DNA from: Eledone cirrhosa
Taxonomy: Eukaryota
Assembly (NCBI GenBank): GCA_964016885.1
Contig: OZ024741.1
Coordinates: forward strand, 35,030,001 to 35,094,000
Reading direction: 5' to 3'
DNA length: 64,000 bases
Shown here piece after piece: positions 1 through 15,998 of this stretch (within the stretch, counting starts at the first letter, position 1; every line of letters starts with the position of its first letter). The notes beneath the pieces were generated by a model. It made no database searches. It saw nothing but the letters and a program-made list of their open reading frames with translations, and was not told the origin of the DNA. Made by a program: the position numbers and the translations under genes.

Positions 1-670
1 AAGGTGGAAGACTTACGTAGATTAGAGAGAAACGAAGCCTGCATGCTCCGATGGATGTGTAACAGTAATATACGTGAACGACAAAGCATAAATGAATTGA
101 GAGAGAGACTGAGCATAAGAGGAATCAAATGCTGCGTGCAGGAGAGGCGGTTACGCTGGTATGGACATGTGATGCGTATGAAGGATGACAGCTGCATAAA
201 AAGGTGCAGAGCACTAGAAGTTGATGGAAACCGCGGAGTGGGGAGACCCAAGATGACTTGGGATGAGGTGATAAAAGCCGACCTTACCCAACTACACCTC
301 TCAAAGTCAATGACACACGACCGTGACTTCTGGCGTCACGCAGTAATACAGGGTACCCGACCTCCCATGGGTACATGCTGAAGCATATAAACAATATGCC
401 CCCCCCCCCCACCGCAAGGTGGTCGTGGAGGTGCCACGGCAAAAAAGCACCCAGCCCACACTGTAAAGTGGACGTGTAGGCGCCACGAAAAAGCACCCAG
501 CACTCACTGTAAATGAGGTTGGTGTTAGGAAGGGCATCCAGCTGTAGAAATCAAGCCAGATCAGTTCCTGTATGAGCAAGGCATGGTCAGCCGACCAGAC
601 ACTGCCCACAACAGGACAACCCGTCTAACCCATGCTAGCGTGGAAGAACGGACGTAAAACGGTGATGATG
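1..670 (+). mobile_element. RTE-clade LINE, 3' end (ORF C-terminus + 3' UTR)
   Basis: ORF 4-381 has RTE C-terminal motifs (MLRWMC, RRLRWYGHVMRM, RGVGRPKMTW). The 3' UTR ends in a short GATGATG tail at about 664-670, directly followed by (TA)n. Confidence 0.9.
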
Positions 671-1820
671 ATATATAATATATATATATAATATATATAT
701 ATAATATATATATAATATATATATATAATATATATATATAATATATATATAATATATATATAATATATATATATAATATAATATATATAATATAAATATA
801 TAATATATATATATAATTATATATATATAATTATATATAAGCAAAGAATCGATGTTACTTATTTGTAGGCATCTCATATATGTAAGTGACTATGTATGTA
901 AGTATAAATATATATGTATGTAAACAGACTCACAGATATATAATATATATATATATATCTCATAGATATATAATATATACATATAATATAATATAATATA
1001 TATAATATAATATATGTAATATAATATAATATATATATATAATATAATATATATAATATAATGTATATATAATTATATATATATAATATATATATATACT
1101 ATATATATAATATATATATATAATATATATATATAATATATATATAAATATATAATATATATATATAATATATATATATATATAATATATATATATAATA
1201 TATATATTATATATAATATATATATATAATATATATATACATAATATATAATATATATAATATATATATAATATATATATAATATACATATATAATATAT
1301 ATATAATATATATATATAATATACATATATAATATATATATAATATATATATATAATATACATATATAATATATATATAATATATATATAATATATATAT
1401 AATATATATATATAATATAAATATATAATATATAATATATATATAATTATATATATATAATTATATATAAGCAAAGAATCGATGTGACTTATTTGTAGGC
1501 ATCTCATATATGTAAGTGACTATGTATGTAAGTATAAATATATATGTATGTAAACAGACTCACAGATATATATATATATATATATATCATAGATATATAA
1601 TATATACATATAATATAATATATATAATATAAAATATATAATATAATATAATATATATAATATAATATATATAATATAATATAATATATAATATAATATG
1701 TATAATATAATATATATAATATAATATATATATATAATGTATATATAATTATATATATATAATTATATATATATAATTATATATATATAATTATATATAT
1801 ATATAATATATATATATAAT

Positions 1821-1863
<43 letters not shown>

Positions 1864-2103
1864 TATAAATATATAATATATAATATATATATATATATAA
1901 TATATATATATATATAATATATAATATATATATAAATATATATATAATATGTATAATAATATACATATATAATTTATATATAATATATATATATAATATA
2001 AATATATAATATATAATATATATATAATATTATATTATATATTATATATAAGCAATTATATATAATATATATATATATATATAATAAATATATAATATAT
2101 ATA

Positions 2104-2196
<93 letters not shown>

Positions 2197-2441
2197 TTAT
2201 ATATATATAATATTATATATATATATATATATATAATATAATATATATATATATAATATAATATATATAATATATATATATAATATATAATATATATATA
2301 TATAATATAATAATATATTATATAATATAATATATATATATATATATAATATATAATATATATATATAATATATATATATAATAATATATATATATATAT
2401 ATATATAATATATATAATATAATATATATATATATATAATT

Positions 2442-2497
<56 letters not shown>

Positions 2498-2853
2498 ATA
2501 TATATAATATATATAATTATATATATAATATATATAATATATATAATATATATAATATATATATATAATATATATAATATATATATATAATATATATAAT
2601 ATATATATATAATATATATAATATATATATATAATATATATAATATATATATAATATATATAATATATATATATAATATATAATAATATATATAATATAT
2701 ATATATATAAATATATATAATATATAATATATAATATATATAATATATATATATAATATATAATATAATATATATAATATATATATATAAATATATATAA
2801 TATATATATATATATAATATATATATATAATATAAAATATATATATAATATAT

Positions 2854-2887
<34 letters not shown>

Positions 2888-2988
2888 ATATATATATAAT
2901 ATATATATATATATAATATATATATGTATATATATATATTATATATATATATATAATATATATATATATATATAATATATATATATAT

Positions 2989-3064
<76 letters not shown>

Positions 3065-3169
3065 ATTATATATATATATAATATATAATATATAATATAT
3101 ATATAATATATAATATATATATAATAATATAATATATATATAATATATATATATAATATATATATATAT

Positions 3170-3218
<49 letters not shown>

Positions 3219-3271
3219 TATATATAATATATATATATAATATATATATATAATATATATATATATAATAT

Positions 3272-3302
<31 letters not shown>

Positions 3303-4010
3303 TATATAATATATATATATAATATATATATATATAATATATATATATATTATATAATATATATATATAATATATATATATAATATATATATATATAATA
3401 TATATATTATAATATGTATATATAATATATATATATATAATATATATATATATAATATATATATATATAATATATATATATAATATATATATATAATATA
3501 TAATATATATATATAATATATATATATATAATATATATATATAATATATATATATAATATATATATAATATAATATATATATATATATATATAATATATA
3601 TATATAATATATATATATATAATATAATATATAATATATATAATATATAATATATAATTATATAATATATATATATATAATATATATATATATAATAATA
3701 TATATATAATATATATTATATAATATATATATATATAATATATATATATAATATATATATATAATATATATATATAATATATATATTAATATATATATAT
3801 ATAATATATATATATATATATAATATATATATATATTTAATATATATATATAATATATATATATATAATATATATATATATTTAAATATATATAATATAT
3901 ATATATATAATATATATATATATTTAATATATATATATAATATATATATATATAATATATATATATAATATATATGTATAATATATATATATAATATATA
4001 TATATAATAT

Positions 4011-4044
<34 letters not shown>

Positions 4045-4099
4045 ATATATATATATATAATATATATATATATAATATATATATATAATATATATATAT

Positions 4100-4130
<31 letters not shown>

Positions 4131-4151
4131 ATATATATATATAATATATAT

Positions 4152-4195
<44 letters not shown>

Positions 4196-4478
4196 TATAT
4201 AATATATATATATATATATAATATATATATATAATATATATATATATAATATTATATATATATATAATATATATATATAATATATATATATAATATATAT
4301 ATATAATATATATATAATATATAATATATATATATAATAATATATATATATAATATATATATATAATATATATATAATATATAATATATAATATAATATA
4401 TTATATATAATATATATATATAATATATATATATAATATATATATAATATATATATAATATATATATATATAATATAT

Positions 4479-4511
<33 letters not shown>

Positions 4512-4849
4512 ATACATATATATAATATATATATAATATATATATATAATATATATATAATATATATATAATATATATATAATATATATATATAATATAT
4601 ATATAATAATATATATATATATAATAATATATATATAATATATATATATAATATATATATAATACATTTATATAATATATATATAATATATATATATAAT
4701 ATAGATATAATATATATATATAATATATATATAATATATATATAATATATATATATAATATATAATATATATATAATATATATATATAATATATATATAA
4801 TACATATATATAATATATATATAATATATATATATAATATATATATAAT

Positions 4850-4891
<42 letters not shown>

Positions 4892-4961
4892 TATATAATA
4901 TATATATAATATATAATATATATATATATATATATATAATATAATATATATATATATATAT

Positions 4962-4994
<33 letters not shown>

Positions 4995-5034
4995 ATATAT
5001 AATATATAATATATATATATAATAATATAATATA

Positions 5035-5077
<43 letters not shown>

Positions 5078-5102
5078 TATATATAATATATATATATATA
5101 TA

Positions 5103-5161
<59 letters not shown>

Positions 5162-5167
5162 TATATA

Positions 5168-5208
<41 letters not shown>

Positions 5209-5266
5209 TATATAATATATAATATATATATATATATATAATATATAATATATATATATATATATA

Positions 5267-5350
<84 letters not shown>

Positions 5351-5423
5351 TATATAATATATAATATATATATATATATATAATATATAAATATAATATA
5401 TATATATATATAATATATAATAT

Positions 5424-5460
<37 letters not shown>

Positions 5461-5474
5461 CATATATATATAAT

Positions 5475-5506
<32 letters not shown>

Positions 5507-5947
5507 ATATATATATATATATATTATATATATTATATATATAATATATATATATATAATATATATATATATATATAATATATATATATATATATAATAT
5601 ATATATATATATAATATATATATATATATAATATATATATATAATATATATATAATATATAATATATATATATATATAATATATAATATATATAATATAT
5701 ATATATAATATATATATATATAATATATATATAATATATATATATATAATATAATATATATATAATATTTATATATATAATATATATATAATATAATATA
5801 TATATATAATTATATATATATAATATATATATATATATAATATTATATATATATATATATAATATATATATATAATATATATATATAATATATATATATA
5901 ATATATATATATATAATATATATATATATAATATGTATATATAATAT

Positions 5948-6034
<87 letters not shown>

Positions 6035-6064
6035 TATATAATATATATATATATAATATATAAG

Positions 6065-6110
<46 letters not shown>

Positions 6111-6162
6111 TATATATAATATATATATATATAATTATATATATTATAATATATATATATAT
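671..6162. repeat. Degenerate (TA)n / (TATAA)n low-complexity array, about 5.5 kb
   Basis: Almost pure A/T alternation with frequent AA slips. It contains a roughly 100-bp unique island present twice (about 840-940 and 1469-1570). Confidence 0.95.
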
Positions 6163-7056
6163 CTATGGTAGAACTAGAGAATAAATTCCAAACCTGGAAG
6201 CAGGGACTAGAGAGAAAGGGCCTCAAAGTCAACATGACAAAGACTAAGGTCCTTATAAGTAGACGAGAAAACAGAACCCAGATCCCCTCAGGGAAATGGC
6301 CTTGCTCAGTATGTAGGAAAGGTGTAGGTAGGAACTCCATTCTTTGCCCCAAATGCAAACAATGGTACACAAGAGATGTAGCGGGATCTCAGGAAGCTTA
6401 ATTAAGAATGTAGGATTCACATGCAGCAGCTGTGCTGAAACAGCAAGCAAACAGCCACAGGAAACAAGTACCACCAATCTCTGGGAGGGCCCTGTAGAAA
6501 CAGTAGACAGCTTCTGCTACCTAGGTGACCGAATTAGCAACGGAGGTGGGTGCTCAGAAAGTACAATAACTAGGGTAAGAATGGGATGGAAGAAGTTTAG
6601 GGAACTACTACCACTGCTAGCTGCAAAAGGCTTCTCCCTCAGAATGAAAGGCAGACTGTATGATGCGTGTATCCGAACAGCGATGTTGCATGGTAGTGAG
6701 ACCTGGGCGCTGAAGGTGGAAGACTTACGTAGATTAGAGAGAAACGAAGCCTGCATGCTCCGATGGATGTGTAACAGTAATATACGTGAACGACAAAGCA
6801 TAAATGAATTGAGAGAGAGACTGAGCATAAGAGGAATCAAATGCTGCGTGCAGGAGAGGCGGTTACGCTGGTATGGACATGTGATGCGTATGAAGGATGA
6901 CAGCTGCATAAAAAGGTGCAGAGCACTAGAAGTTGATGGAAACCGCGGAGTGGGGAGACCCAAGATGACTTGGGATGAGGTGATAAAAGCCGACCTTACC
7001 CAACTACACCTCTCAAAGTCAATGACACACGACCGTGACTTCTGGCGTCACGCAGT
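6163..7056 (+). mobile_element. RTE-clade LINE fragment (end of RT, Cys-rich insert, C-terminus), frameshifted, runs into gap
   Basis: ORFs 6165-6401 (GLKVNMTKTKVL, CSVCRKGVG) and 6344-7056 (VDSFCYLGD, LHGSETW, RLRWYGHV). Positions 6713-7056 are identical to 1-344. Confidence 0.9.
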
Positions 7057-7256
7057 NNNNNNNNNNNNNNNNNNNNNNNNNNNNNNNNNNNNNNNNNNNN
7101 NNNNNNNNNNNNNNNNNNNNNNNNNNNNNNNNNNNNNNNNNNNNNNNNNNNNNNNNNNNNNNNNNNNNNNNNNNNNNNNNNNNNNNNNNNNNNNNNNNNN
7201 NNNNNNNNNNNNNNNNNNNNNNNNNNNNNNNNNNNNNNNNNNNNNNNNNNNNNNNN
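7057..7256. other. Assembly gap (N run)
   Basis: Run of N characters. Confidence 1.
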
Positions 7257-7356
7257 TATATATATATATATATATATAATATATATATATATATATAATA
7301 TATATATATTATAGATATATAGATATATAATATATATATATATATATAATATATAT

Positions 7357-7411
<55 letters not shown>

Positions 7412-7879
7412 ATAGATATATAGATATATAATATATATATATATATATAATATATAATATATATATATAATATATAATATATATATATAATATATATATA
7501 TATATATAATAGATATATAGATATATAATAGATATATAGATATATAATAGATATATAGATATATAATATATATATATATATATAATATATATATATATAT
7601 ATAATATAAATATATATAATATATATATATAATATATATATATATAATATATATATATAATATATATATATATAATATATATATATATAATATATATATA
7701 TATAATATATATATATATAATATATATATATATAATATATATATATAATATATATATATATAATATATATATATATAATATATATATATATAATATATAT
7801 ATATAATATATATATATATAATATATATATATATAATATATATATATATATAATATATATATATATAATATATATATAT

Positions 7880-7914
<35 letters not shown>

Positions 7915-7937
7915 ATATATATATATAATATATATAT

Positions 7938-7970
<33 letters not shown>

Positions 7971-7991
7971 ATATATATATAATATATATAT

Positions 7992-8026
<35 letters not shown>

Positions 8027-8065
8027 ATATATATATAATATATATATAATATATATATAATATAT

Positions 8066-8118
<53 letters not shown>

Positions 8119-8474
8119 ATATATATATATAATATATATATATATATATAATATATATATATATAAATATATATAATATATATATATATATAATATATAT
8201 ATATATATATAATATATATATATATAAATATATATAATATATATATATATATATAGTATATATATATAATATATATATATATAAATATATATAATATATA
8301 TATATATATATAATATATATATATATAAATATATATAATATATATATATATATAATATATATATATATATAATATATATATATAATATATATATTATATA
8401 ATATATATATTATATAATATATATATATATATATAATATATATATATAATATATATATTATATAATATATATAT

Positions 8475-8517
<43 letters not shown>

Positions 8518-8572
8518 TATATAATATATATAATATATAATATATATATATATATAATAATATATATATATA

Positions 8573-8638
<66 letters not shown>

Positions 8639-8719
8639 TATATAATATATATAATATATAATATATATATATATATATAATATATATATATAATATATAT
8701 AATATATAATATATATATA

Positions 8720-8757
<38 letters not shown>

Positions 8758-8758
8758 T

Positions 8759-8790
<32 letters not shown>

Positions 8791-8841
8791 ATATATATAT
8801 ATATATATAATATATATATATATATATAATATATATATATA

Positions 8842-8882
<41 letters not shown>

Positions 8883-8912
8883 TATATAATATATATAATA
8901 TATATATATAAT

Positions 8913-8946
<34 letters not shown>

Positions 8947-8991
8947 ATATATAATATATAATATATATATATAATATATATAATATATAAT

Positions 8992-9025
<34 letters not shown>

Positions 9026-9362
9026 ATATATAATATATATATATAATATATATATATAATATATATAATATATAATATATATATATATATATAATATATA
9101 TATATAATATATATATATATAATATATATATATAATATATATATATAATATATATATATAATATATATAATATATAATATATATAATATATATATATATA
9201 ATATATATATATATTTAATATATATAATATATATATATATATAATATATATAATATATATATATATATATATAATATATATATATATAAAATATATATAT
9301 ATATATAATATATATATATTATATAATATATATATATATAATATATATATTATATAATATAT

Positions 9363-9394
<32 letters not shown>

Positions 9395-9597
9395 ATATAT
9401 ATAATATAATATATATATTATATAATATATATATATATATAATATATATATAATATATATATATATATAATATAATATATATATAATATATATATATATA
9501 ATATATATATATATATAATATATATATATATATAATATATATATATATATAATATATATATATTATATAATATATATATATAATATATATATTATAT

Positions 9598-9630
<33 letters not shown>

Positions 9631-9649
9631 ATATATATATATATAATAT

Positions 9650-9682
<33 letters not shown>

Positions 9683-10769
9683 ATATAATATATATATAAT
9701 ATATATATATATATAATATATATATAATATATATATAATATATATATAATATATATATATAATATATATATAATATATATATATAATATATATATATAAT
9801 ATATATATAATATATATATATAATATATATATAATATATATATATAATATATATATAATATATATATAATATATATAATATATATATAATATATATATAA
9901 TATATATATAATATATATATATATAATATATATATATAATATATATATAATATATATATAATATATATAATATATATATATAATATATATATAATATATA
10001 TATAATATATATATATATAATATATATATATATAATATATATATATAATATATATATATATAATATATATATAATATAATATAATATATATATAATATAT
10101 ATATAATATATAAAATAGATATATATAATATATATATATATAATATATATATATATAATATATATATATATAATATATATATATATAATATATATATATA
10201 TAATATATATATATAATATATATATATATAATATATATATATATAATATATATATAATATATAAAATAGATATATATAATATATATATATATAATATAGA
10301 TATATATAATATATATATATAATATAGATATATAATATATATATATCTAATATATATATATATAATATATATATATAATATATATATATATAATATATAT
10401 ATATATAATATATATATATATAATATATATATATATAATATATATATATATAATATATATATATATAATATATATATATATAATATATATATATATAATA
10501 TATATATATATAATATATATATAATATATATATAATATATATATAATATATATATATATAAATATAATATATATATATATAATATATATATAATATATAT
10601 ATAATATATATATATATAATATATATATATATAATATATATATATATAATATATATATAATAATATATATAATATATATATAATATATATATATATAATA
10701 TATATATAATATATATATAATATATATATATATAATATATATATAATATATATATAATATATATATAAT

Positions 10770-10801
<32 letters not shown>

Positions 10802-11076
10802 ATATATATATATATATAATATATATATATATAATATATATATATATATAATATATATAATATATATAATATATATTTATATATAATATATATATATATT
10901 TATATATATAATATATATATATATATAATATATATTTATATATAATATATATATATATAATATATATATATATATAATATATATATATATAATATATATA
11001 TATATATAATATATATATATATAATATATATATATATAATATATATATATATAATATATATATATATAATATATAT

Positions 11077-11172
<96 letters not shown>

Positions 11173-11543
11173 TATATATATATAATATATATATATATAT
11201 AATATATATATATATATAATATATATATATATAATATATATATATATATAATATATATATATATATAATATATATATATATAATATATATATATAATATA
11301 TATATATAATATATATATATAATATATATATATATAATATATATATAATATATATATATATAATATATATATAATATATATATATATATAATATATATAT
11401 ATATAATATATATATAATATATATATATATAATATATATATATATAATATATATATAATATATATATATATAATATATATATAATATATATATAATATAT
11501 ATATAATATATATAATATATATATATATATATAATATATATAT

Positions 11544-11574
<31 letters not shown>

Positions 11575-11998
11575 ATATATATATATATATAATATATATA
11601 TATATATAATATATATATATAATATATATATATATATATAATATATATATATAATATATATATAATATATATATAATATATATATATATAATATATATAT
11701 ATATATATAATATATATATATATATATAATATATATATAATATATATATAATATATAATATATATATAATATATATATAATATATAATATATATATAATA
11801 TATATATAATATATAATATATATATAATATATATATAATATATATATATATATAATATATATATATATATAATATATATATATAATATATATATATATAT
11901 ATAATATATATATATATATATAATATATATATATATATATAATATATATATAATATATATATATATATAGATATATATAATATATATATATATTATAT

Positions 11999-12030
<32 letters not shown>

Positions 12031-12042
12031 ATATATATATAT

Positions 12043-12077
<35 letters not shown>

Positions 12078-12089
12078 ATATATATATAT

Positions 12090-12122
<33 letters not shown>

Positions 12123-12128
12123 ATATAT
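7257..12128. repeat. Degenerate (TA)n array, about 4.9 kb
   Basis: Nearly pure TA/TAA, with occasional TAGA units. Confidence 0.95.
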
Positions 12129-13346
12129 GGTTGGCCAGTTCGTCTTCCTCCATGCCTAGGGCTTCTCCGAGGGCGTCGTTGCACCTGCTAACCACCAGCC
12201 CTCTATAGAATGACGAGGTGGATTCTCCACTGACAGCCGGGTCCGCCTGCCAGAGAGCCGTGAGCACCTGGGCACACTCGGTGTGCCAGGCGCCCAGTTT
12301 TCTCGGTCTTTGCTTGACCCAGGATTGCAGCTCGGTGAGTGAGATGAGTCTGGGAAAGGCTCGCCTCACAAACGGGGCCCACACCGGTTGACCGGAGAGG
12401 AATACCTGAAGGTGCCGTAGCCTTAATGCGTGTTTTCGTATCATTAGCCACGGCATCCCCAGCCCTCCTTTCGAAGGGTGTTGACAGCACATGGATCTCC
12501 TCACCGCTTCTTCCAAAGGAATTGGAAGAGTGCGCGCTCCATTTTGGCGAGCGTTTCCCTTGGACAAGGCACAACGGTCAGGCGGTAGTAGATGACGGAT
12601 GCTATATAAGTGTTCGCTACCTCCGTTTGACCTTTCAGTGATAGTTTGCACTCGGCCCACTTCTGGGTCATCTCAAACACCCTGTTCGTTACCTCACCCC
12701 AGTTCTTCTCCACCTGGAGGTCTGGTTCGAACCAGACCCCGAGCAACTTCACCGGGCCCTCCGTCCAGCGCCCGACGACGCCATCGGAGGGCATCGATCT
12801 GCCCCTCCACGTGCCGAGTTGCAGACCGATCGACTTGTCCCGGTTCAGCTTAGCCCCTGTAAACCTTTCGTACTCCTCCAGTAAGGTGCCGATCGCCCCG
12901 ATTTCCGAGGCCGTCGACACCATTACTGTTACGTCATCGGCGTAGGCTGACACCGCTTTCCGCAATCCCGGTTCCAACGGGATGCCCTGCAACAACAACT
13001 TCCGCAGCAGTGGCTCTAGAGTCACTACATACAGAAGGGAGGAGAGAGGGCACCCCCTGTCTGATGGACCGCGCGATTTCGAACGGCTCCGAGAGGTAGC
13101 CGTTCACCTTGACCCTAGAGCAGATGCAGCTGCTGTGCATGGCATTGATCCAGCCCCTGAAAACGGGTCCGAAGCCTGCCGCCGCTAGCACCGCATCCAG
13201 TTAACCATGGTCGACCCTATCGAATGCCTTAGATTGATCCAAGTTGATCAGGGCCCCCACCAAAGCCGGGTTCGTTCCCAACCCTCTCTATGATGTATCG
13301 CATGAGGTGGAGGTTGTCGTGGATGGACCTGGACGGGATAGCACAT
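12129..13346 (-). mobile_element. Tx1/L1-clade LINE fragment (RT region), truncated and frameshifted
   Basis: Broken ORFs contain IRQG(C)P, SAYADDVTV and KGGLGMP. Colinear with 53401-54631 of the long copy. The 5' junction abuts AAGATAGATAGGTAG. Confidence 0.9.
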
Positions 13347-13651
13347 AAGATAGATAGGTAGCTAAACGCAACAGCAGTTGACCACTGACTTGCTTGTCAA
13401 CACTGTGTGAGAGAAATCTGAGTCAGGAGGATGATATAAAATTACCATATTCCTGTTATTTTAACGAAACGACCGTCAATCAGTTATTCTCTCCCCTTCT
13501 CTCTCTCTCACACACACACAAGTTTGGCTTGACTTTAATTTGTGTAGGCCATAAAAATGTACCTACTAACATTATCTCTATGAAAATCACACGATCATGT
13601 TTTTCCTAGATCTAGTTTATCTATACCAAGCGGCGCGCGCCAATAGATATA

Positions 13652-13828
13652 AAGGTAAAATTTCATTATAACGAATTCCATTATAACGAATTTTTCTGTA
13701 TAACGAAATTTTTGTCAGTTCCAAGCCACACGCTCGATGCATTTCAGTCGATCTCGTTATAAAGAATTTTTCGTTACAACAAATTTTTTTATACTTCGTG
13801 AATTCCGTTATTACGGAATTTCACTGTA
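13652..13828. mobile_element. Degenerate Tigger/pogo-like MITE
   Basis: Repeated (C)GTTATAACGAA motifs in both orientations. The right end reads ...ATTACGGAATTTCACTG-TA. Confidence 0.5.
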
Positions 13829-14120
13829 TACTCAATTATACTATCTAGTTTGTACAGTGATGCACACGTCGTTTTGTTGCCACAATGAATGAAATAGTTA
13901 TCGTTTAAGCGTGTTCTTCAACATCATTAACATTATATATATATATAGTATAAACAATGTTTCATACACTTCACATGTATGTGTGACCATTGGTTTCGGA
14001 GTCCAGTTATGGCCACCACTTTATATTGGAGGAGGCACTTCCAAACTGGCCCGTCATCGGGCACGCAACCTCTCTTGCAACAGATTGAGCATTGTTTTCC
14101 TTGATCTTTCATCTACGGAT

Positions 14121-14425
14121 GGTTAACTTTGCCTTTCATCCTTACGGGGTCGATAAAATAAAGTACCAGTAATGCACTGGGATAATTGCTGGCCTTGTGC
14201 CAAAAGTAGAAACAATTATTATTATATTATATGTGGTTGGCAGTATCGGTAGAGGGTCGGACGCCATGCTTTGTAGCAAAGAGTTGCGGCCCTTTATGGT
14301 CTGAGTTCAAATCCCGCCGAAATTAACTTTGCCTTCCATCTTTACGGGGTCGATAAAATAAAGTACCAGTAACACACTGGAATAATTGCTGGACTTGTGC
14401 CAAAAGTCGAAATAATTATTATATT
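14121..14425 (+). mobile_element. Two tandem tRNA-derived SINEs, family A (partial 14121-14222; full 14236-14425)
   Basis: tRNA-like head (GGCAGTATCGGTAGA...GAGTTCAAATCCCGCC), core ACTTTGCCTTTCATCCTTACGGGGTCGATAAAATAAAGTACCAG (resembles the Deu/Nin-type SINE core; inference), and an (ATT)n tail. Confidence 0.85.
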
Positions 14426-14469
14426 ATATATATATATATATATATATAAAGACGGTCTATTTAAAGCTT

Positions 14470-14930
14470 CTTCTTAATGGGAGAGCCGTTGGGGCACAAT
14501 CCTCAAGCATGCCTTCCAGCACGATTCGGCTAAAGAAAAGATTGCAGGTGGCGGATAGCGATACGGCTACCAGATATAAAGGTTAGTTGCGATATAAAGG
14601 GGAGGAGTCTTGTGGGCCAACAGCGGTAAACTACTAGGGGAAATGAAGCAAACCAGTGGTGTAGTTATGACGAGGCGAGTAAAGGCCGCCTCTAAAAAAT
14701 GTAGTCTTCGTGAGTCTGAGAAAAGTACCACATTGGTGAATGGATCGAATGAGACTACTAAAACATTGCAATGTGGCTGGAAACAATAAAGGTAGTCTTA
14801 CAGAATCGTCCTTGGTGTAGGATAACAAGGGGTGCGTTCAGGCCTTAGATAAAGGGACCTGTTCGAAAAATACATTGCAGTCTCCATCCAACGCTGCAAG
14901 AACTGGTGAAGAGCCTGCGACCTGTCATGT
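14470..14930 (-). mobile_element. Possible highly decayed LINE 3' fragment (Jockey/CR1-like)
   Basis: GC-richer island. The minus-strand translation includes ...TCNLFFSRIV..., loosely like LINE C-termini, but there is no intact motif. Confidence 0.25.
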
Positions 14931-15495
14931 GAGGCGTGGGGTGGACGCATAAAGGTTACGAATCTTTTTGAATTAAAAAAAAAAATTACTTTTTAAACCA
15001 GATTCTTAATTAATTCAAACACATTTTAAATTAAAAAAAAATTTAAAAAGACATTTTCCACCATTCCATCCATTGTTCCGCATGTAATTTCGTGGGACAT
15101 TGTGTTACTATCTATAATATAAATTTCTTTCTAGATAATACGAAAAATAAATGTGTCGTCGCTACTAATGTCAGTTTGCCTGTGTTTGCATATGCTAGCG
15201 CATGTTGCGAATGTTTAGCCTAAAGAAAGGTTCTGTAGATAAGTCAGGTTGTTTTTCACGCTCTTTATTTGGGTAAAAAAAAAATTGAAAGTTATCTATG
15301 AATATATATAGTATTATCATTGTCATAGAAAAATGTAACATCATTATATTGATTTTACCTATTCGTTACACAGTTTGGACACTAGCTATAACTTACTTTA
15401 GATCATGCCATGCCGAATATGGCCACACATTTGACTCAGAGGGAAAAGATAAAAACATTTAATTCTAGTGTATAATATGCACTCCAAATGTTTAA

Positions 15496-15713
15496 CCCTT
15501 TAGCATTTACATTACTTTATATATACTATTGTATTTTTGTGGTAAAAACTTTACCTTACATAATTATCTCACATAATATTGAATCTACGAGATTTTGATG
15601 TTTATTTTGCGAACAATACCTTAATGTCAGTATGAGCGGCCAGTTAGAGCTATTCTGAACAGAAAGAGGTGAGAGAATTCTGGCCGGATATGGCCGGCTT
15701 AAATGCTAAAGTG
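15496..15713. mobile_element. piggyBac-like MITE
   Basis: TTAA on both sides (15492-15495, 15714-15717). TIRs CCCTTTAGCATTTA / TAAATGCTAAAGTG. Confidence 0.7.
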
Positions 15714-15834
15714 TTAAGTTTAAAAACGTGAAGTTCGTACTATATATCTAAACTATAATAAAAGAAGGTCTGCGGGACTGCGTACGATTTTTTTTTTTAT
15801 CCCGTTAGTAAATAAGTTGGATTACTTTGAATAA

Positions 15835-15998
15835 ATAATTGTTTCTACTTTAGGCACAAGGCCAGCAACTACCCAGTGCCTCACTGGTACTTTATTTTAT
15901 CGACCCCGTAAGGATGAAAGGCAAAGTCAACCTCGGCGGGATTTGAACTCAGATCGTAAAGGGACGTAACTATGCTAGAAAGCATGGCGTCCGACCCT
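15835..15998 (-). mobile_element. SINE family A
   Basis: Reverse complement of the core and B-box seen at 14236-14425. Confidence 0.85.

Noticed and set aside
635-12127. Long Y/I-rich ORFs (including the C-terminal part of the 574-aa ORF 10936-12660)
   Set aside because: These are translations of (TA)n microsatellite, not genes.
14236-14320. tRNA genes at SINE heads (also 21777, 58727, 63138)
   Set aside because: A/B boxes are present but there is no complete cloverleaf, and each is followed by a SINE core and tail.
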